A stretch of DNA of 62,273 nt. Source: Nemertoderma westbladi (Eukaryota > Animalia > Xenacoelomorpha). Positions 60,467 to 62,273 of the stretch are shown piece by piece. The notes under the pieces are model-generated. The model was given only the letters and a program-made list of their open reading frames with translations, searched no databases and had not been told where the DNA came from. Every line of letters begins with the position of its first letter. Position 1 is the stretch's first letter. The stretch covers positions 1 through 62,273 of the forward strand of contig JAUCBJ010002872.1 in the NCBI GenBank assembly GCA_032718475.1, given 5' to 3'. The position numbers were made by a program, and so were the translations under genes.

Positions 60467-62273
60467 ACACCCATGTGAACTACTTTCATAAAGATATCAA
60501 GTACAACTGTTCTGATTGTGGAAAATCATTTGCTACAAAAGCCAAACTAAAACGACATGTCGACTCAATGCATAAAGATATCAAATATAAGTGCGGTTAT
60601 TGTAATAAAGAATTCATGTCATCAAAGGAATCTAAACACCCATGTGAACTACTTTCATAAAGATATCAAGTACAACTGTTCTGATTGTGGAAAATCATTT
60701 GCTACAAAAGCCAAACTAAAACGACATGTCGACTCTATACATAAAGAAAGATATCAAACATAAGTGCGGTTATTGTAATAAAGAATTCAGCCCGCAAAGG
60801 AGTCTAAACACCCATGTGAACTACTTTCATAAAGATATTAAGTACAACTGCTTCAATTGAGAAAATCATTTGTTGCTAAAATCGAACTAAAATGTCGACT
60901 CTGTACATAAAGATATCAAACTTAAGTGCGGTTATTGTCAAAGAATTCCGTCAGCAAGGCTACCTAAACACCCATGTTAATTCTCTAGTTACCGGTAACA
61001 AAATACAATTGTTGTATTTGTACTGAACTATATTTGTTTCGGATCATTATTGGAAAGATCTTTGTTTTAGAATGAAAAAAATATAAAATAAAACAAATGG
61101 AAAGTGGTTCAAATACATTGATTTTCAGGTTATTAATGTTTTCAGGGATGCTGATTGTAATGCAACATAAACCAAATCAATCAATGAACCAAAGTGAAAC
61201 TTATAAATTAGTAGGATTATCGAGTCAGATACCCCCTCACCCCCTTCAAACGATTCCCACTTATTCCCACGCTAAATTTTTCATCGTTTAATTGTTTTTC
61301 TCAATTTTTTGTCTATAAATGGTCTCGCAATTAAAGTCTCGTCTAAATGGTCTCGTCTAATTAATAAGGTAATGACGGAGTCGTATGAAATAGTTTTATT
61401 TAAATTATGATCAATTCTAAAGTTTAGCGAATTGTGCGCAGGTACGGTGTTGAGTTGATGTTTATGATAAAGATGTTTTATTAGGGGGGGGGGGGGGGGG
61501 GGGGTAGAGTAGCACCCCCCTATTTTGGAAATTGACAAAAAAAGTTTTTTTATTCTATCATGTGCCGAATTTAATGGAGATTTCAAATCTGCAAGCAGTT
61601 TTCTCATATCTTTTCTCAAACTCAAGTTATTACACAAAACGTAAGAGCTAGTCTCATTTTTGAAAAGCCTTCGAGCAGCACTATATTTTACAATTGTACG
61701 GGGCCCTTTTCATAAAAATGGCTCTCACGGTACAGATATGAACAAAATTGATAGAAAGTTGTTTTACTAGTTATTATGTTTAGCAAGCATGAAACATTTC
61801 ATCAGAATGACGTTTTTTCATGAAAAGGGCTATTTCTCCGCCAATTTTAACTGAAATGACTTGAAATTTGGTACACTTGTTAAGATTACCCTTCTTCATA
61901 CTTCTTCCGAACAAATTTGGTTGAAAATGCCCTGGAGCCTTTTTATACCAAAAAGGCCTTTTTTGTGGCCTTTTTGTTCTAAAAAGGCTCCAGAGCATTT
62001 GAGGCAAAATTTGTTCAGAAGAATTGGAAGCAGGGTTCTTCTGACGCTATATTCAAAATTTCAACAAGTATTGGTGGAGAAATAGCCCTTGACGCAAAGG
62101 GCACTTTGAATAGCACAAAAATACATTTTGGGGCCAGTTTAAAAAAATTTTGGTTTGGTTATTCACACACAGTCCAGACGATGTTTAGTAGCACAAACAA
62201 TAAATTTCACCCAATTTTATGGTCTAGAGACACAAAAATGTGAAGTTCAATTTGGATGTGCTCCCCCCCCCCC

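Larger units (their letters stand above)
48541..62273 (+). repeat. Segmental duplication unit 2 (runs to the window end)
   Basis: Collinear with 24477-46561 but carries different insertions. Confidence 0.92.

Overview
AT-rich, repeat-dense eukaryotic (probably invertebrate) DNA. There are no prokaryotic features, rRNA, true tRNA genes or CRISPR arrays. The window holds two related BEL/Pao LTR retrotransposons. Copy A is partial (1-5957). Copy B is complete and very young (26693-37471) but encodes only a shortened Gag-protease ORF. Copy B sits inside an RTE-X-like LINE, which itself sits inside a CR1/L2-type LINE. There are also six RTE LINE copies, many non-autonomous DNA transposons with readable TIRs/TSDs, CACTA remnants, SINEs and minisatellites. 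The only host-like genes are two tandem C2H2 zinc-finger paralogues (40862-43006, 59234-60860) in a segmental duplication. Main leads: (1) the ZF proteins combine a tandem array of SUMO-consensus motifs (IIIKxEP) with a two-finger minisatellite that varies mostly at DNA-contact residues, suggesting a KRAB-independent TE-repressor family; (2) a streamlined Gag-PR-only BEL element; (3) a duplicated, covarying RNA structure in the BEL leader; (4) abundant stereotyped DNA-transposon excision footprints. All calls were made by eye, with no database search.
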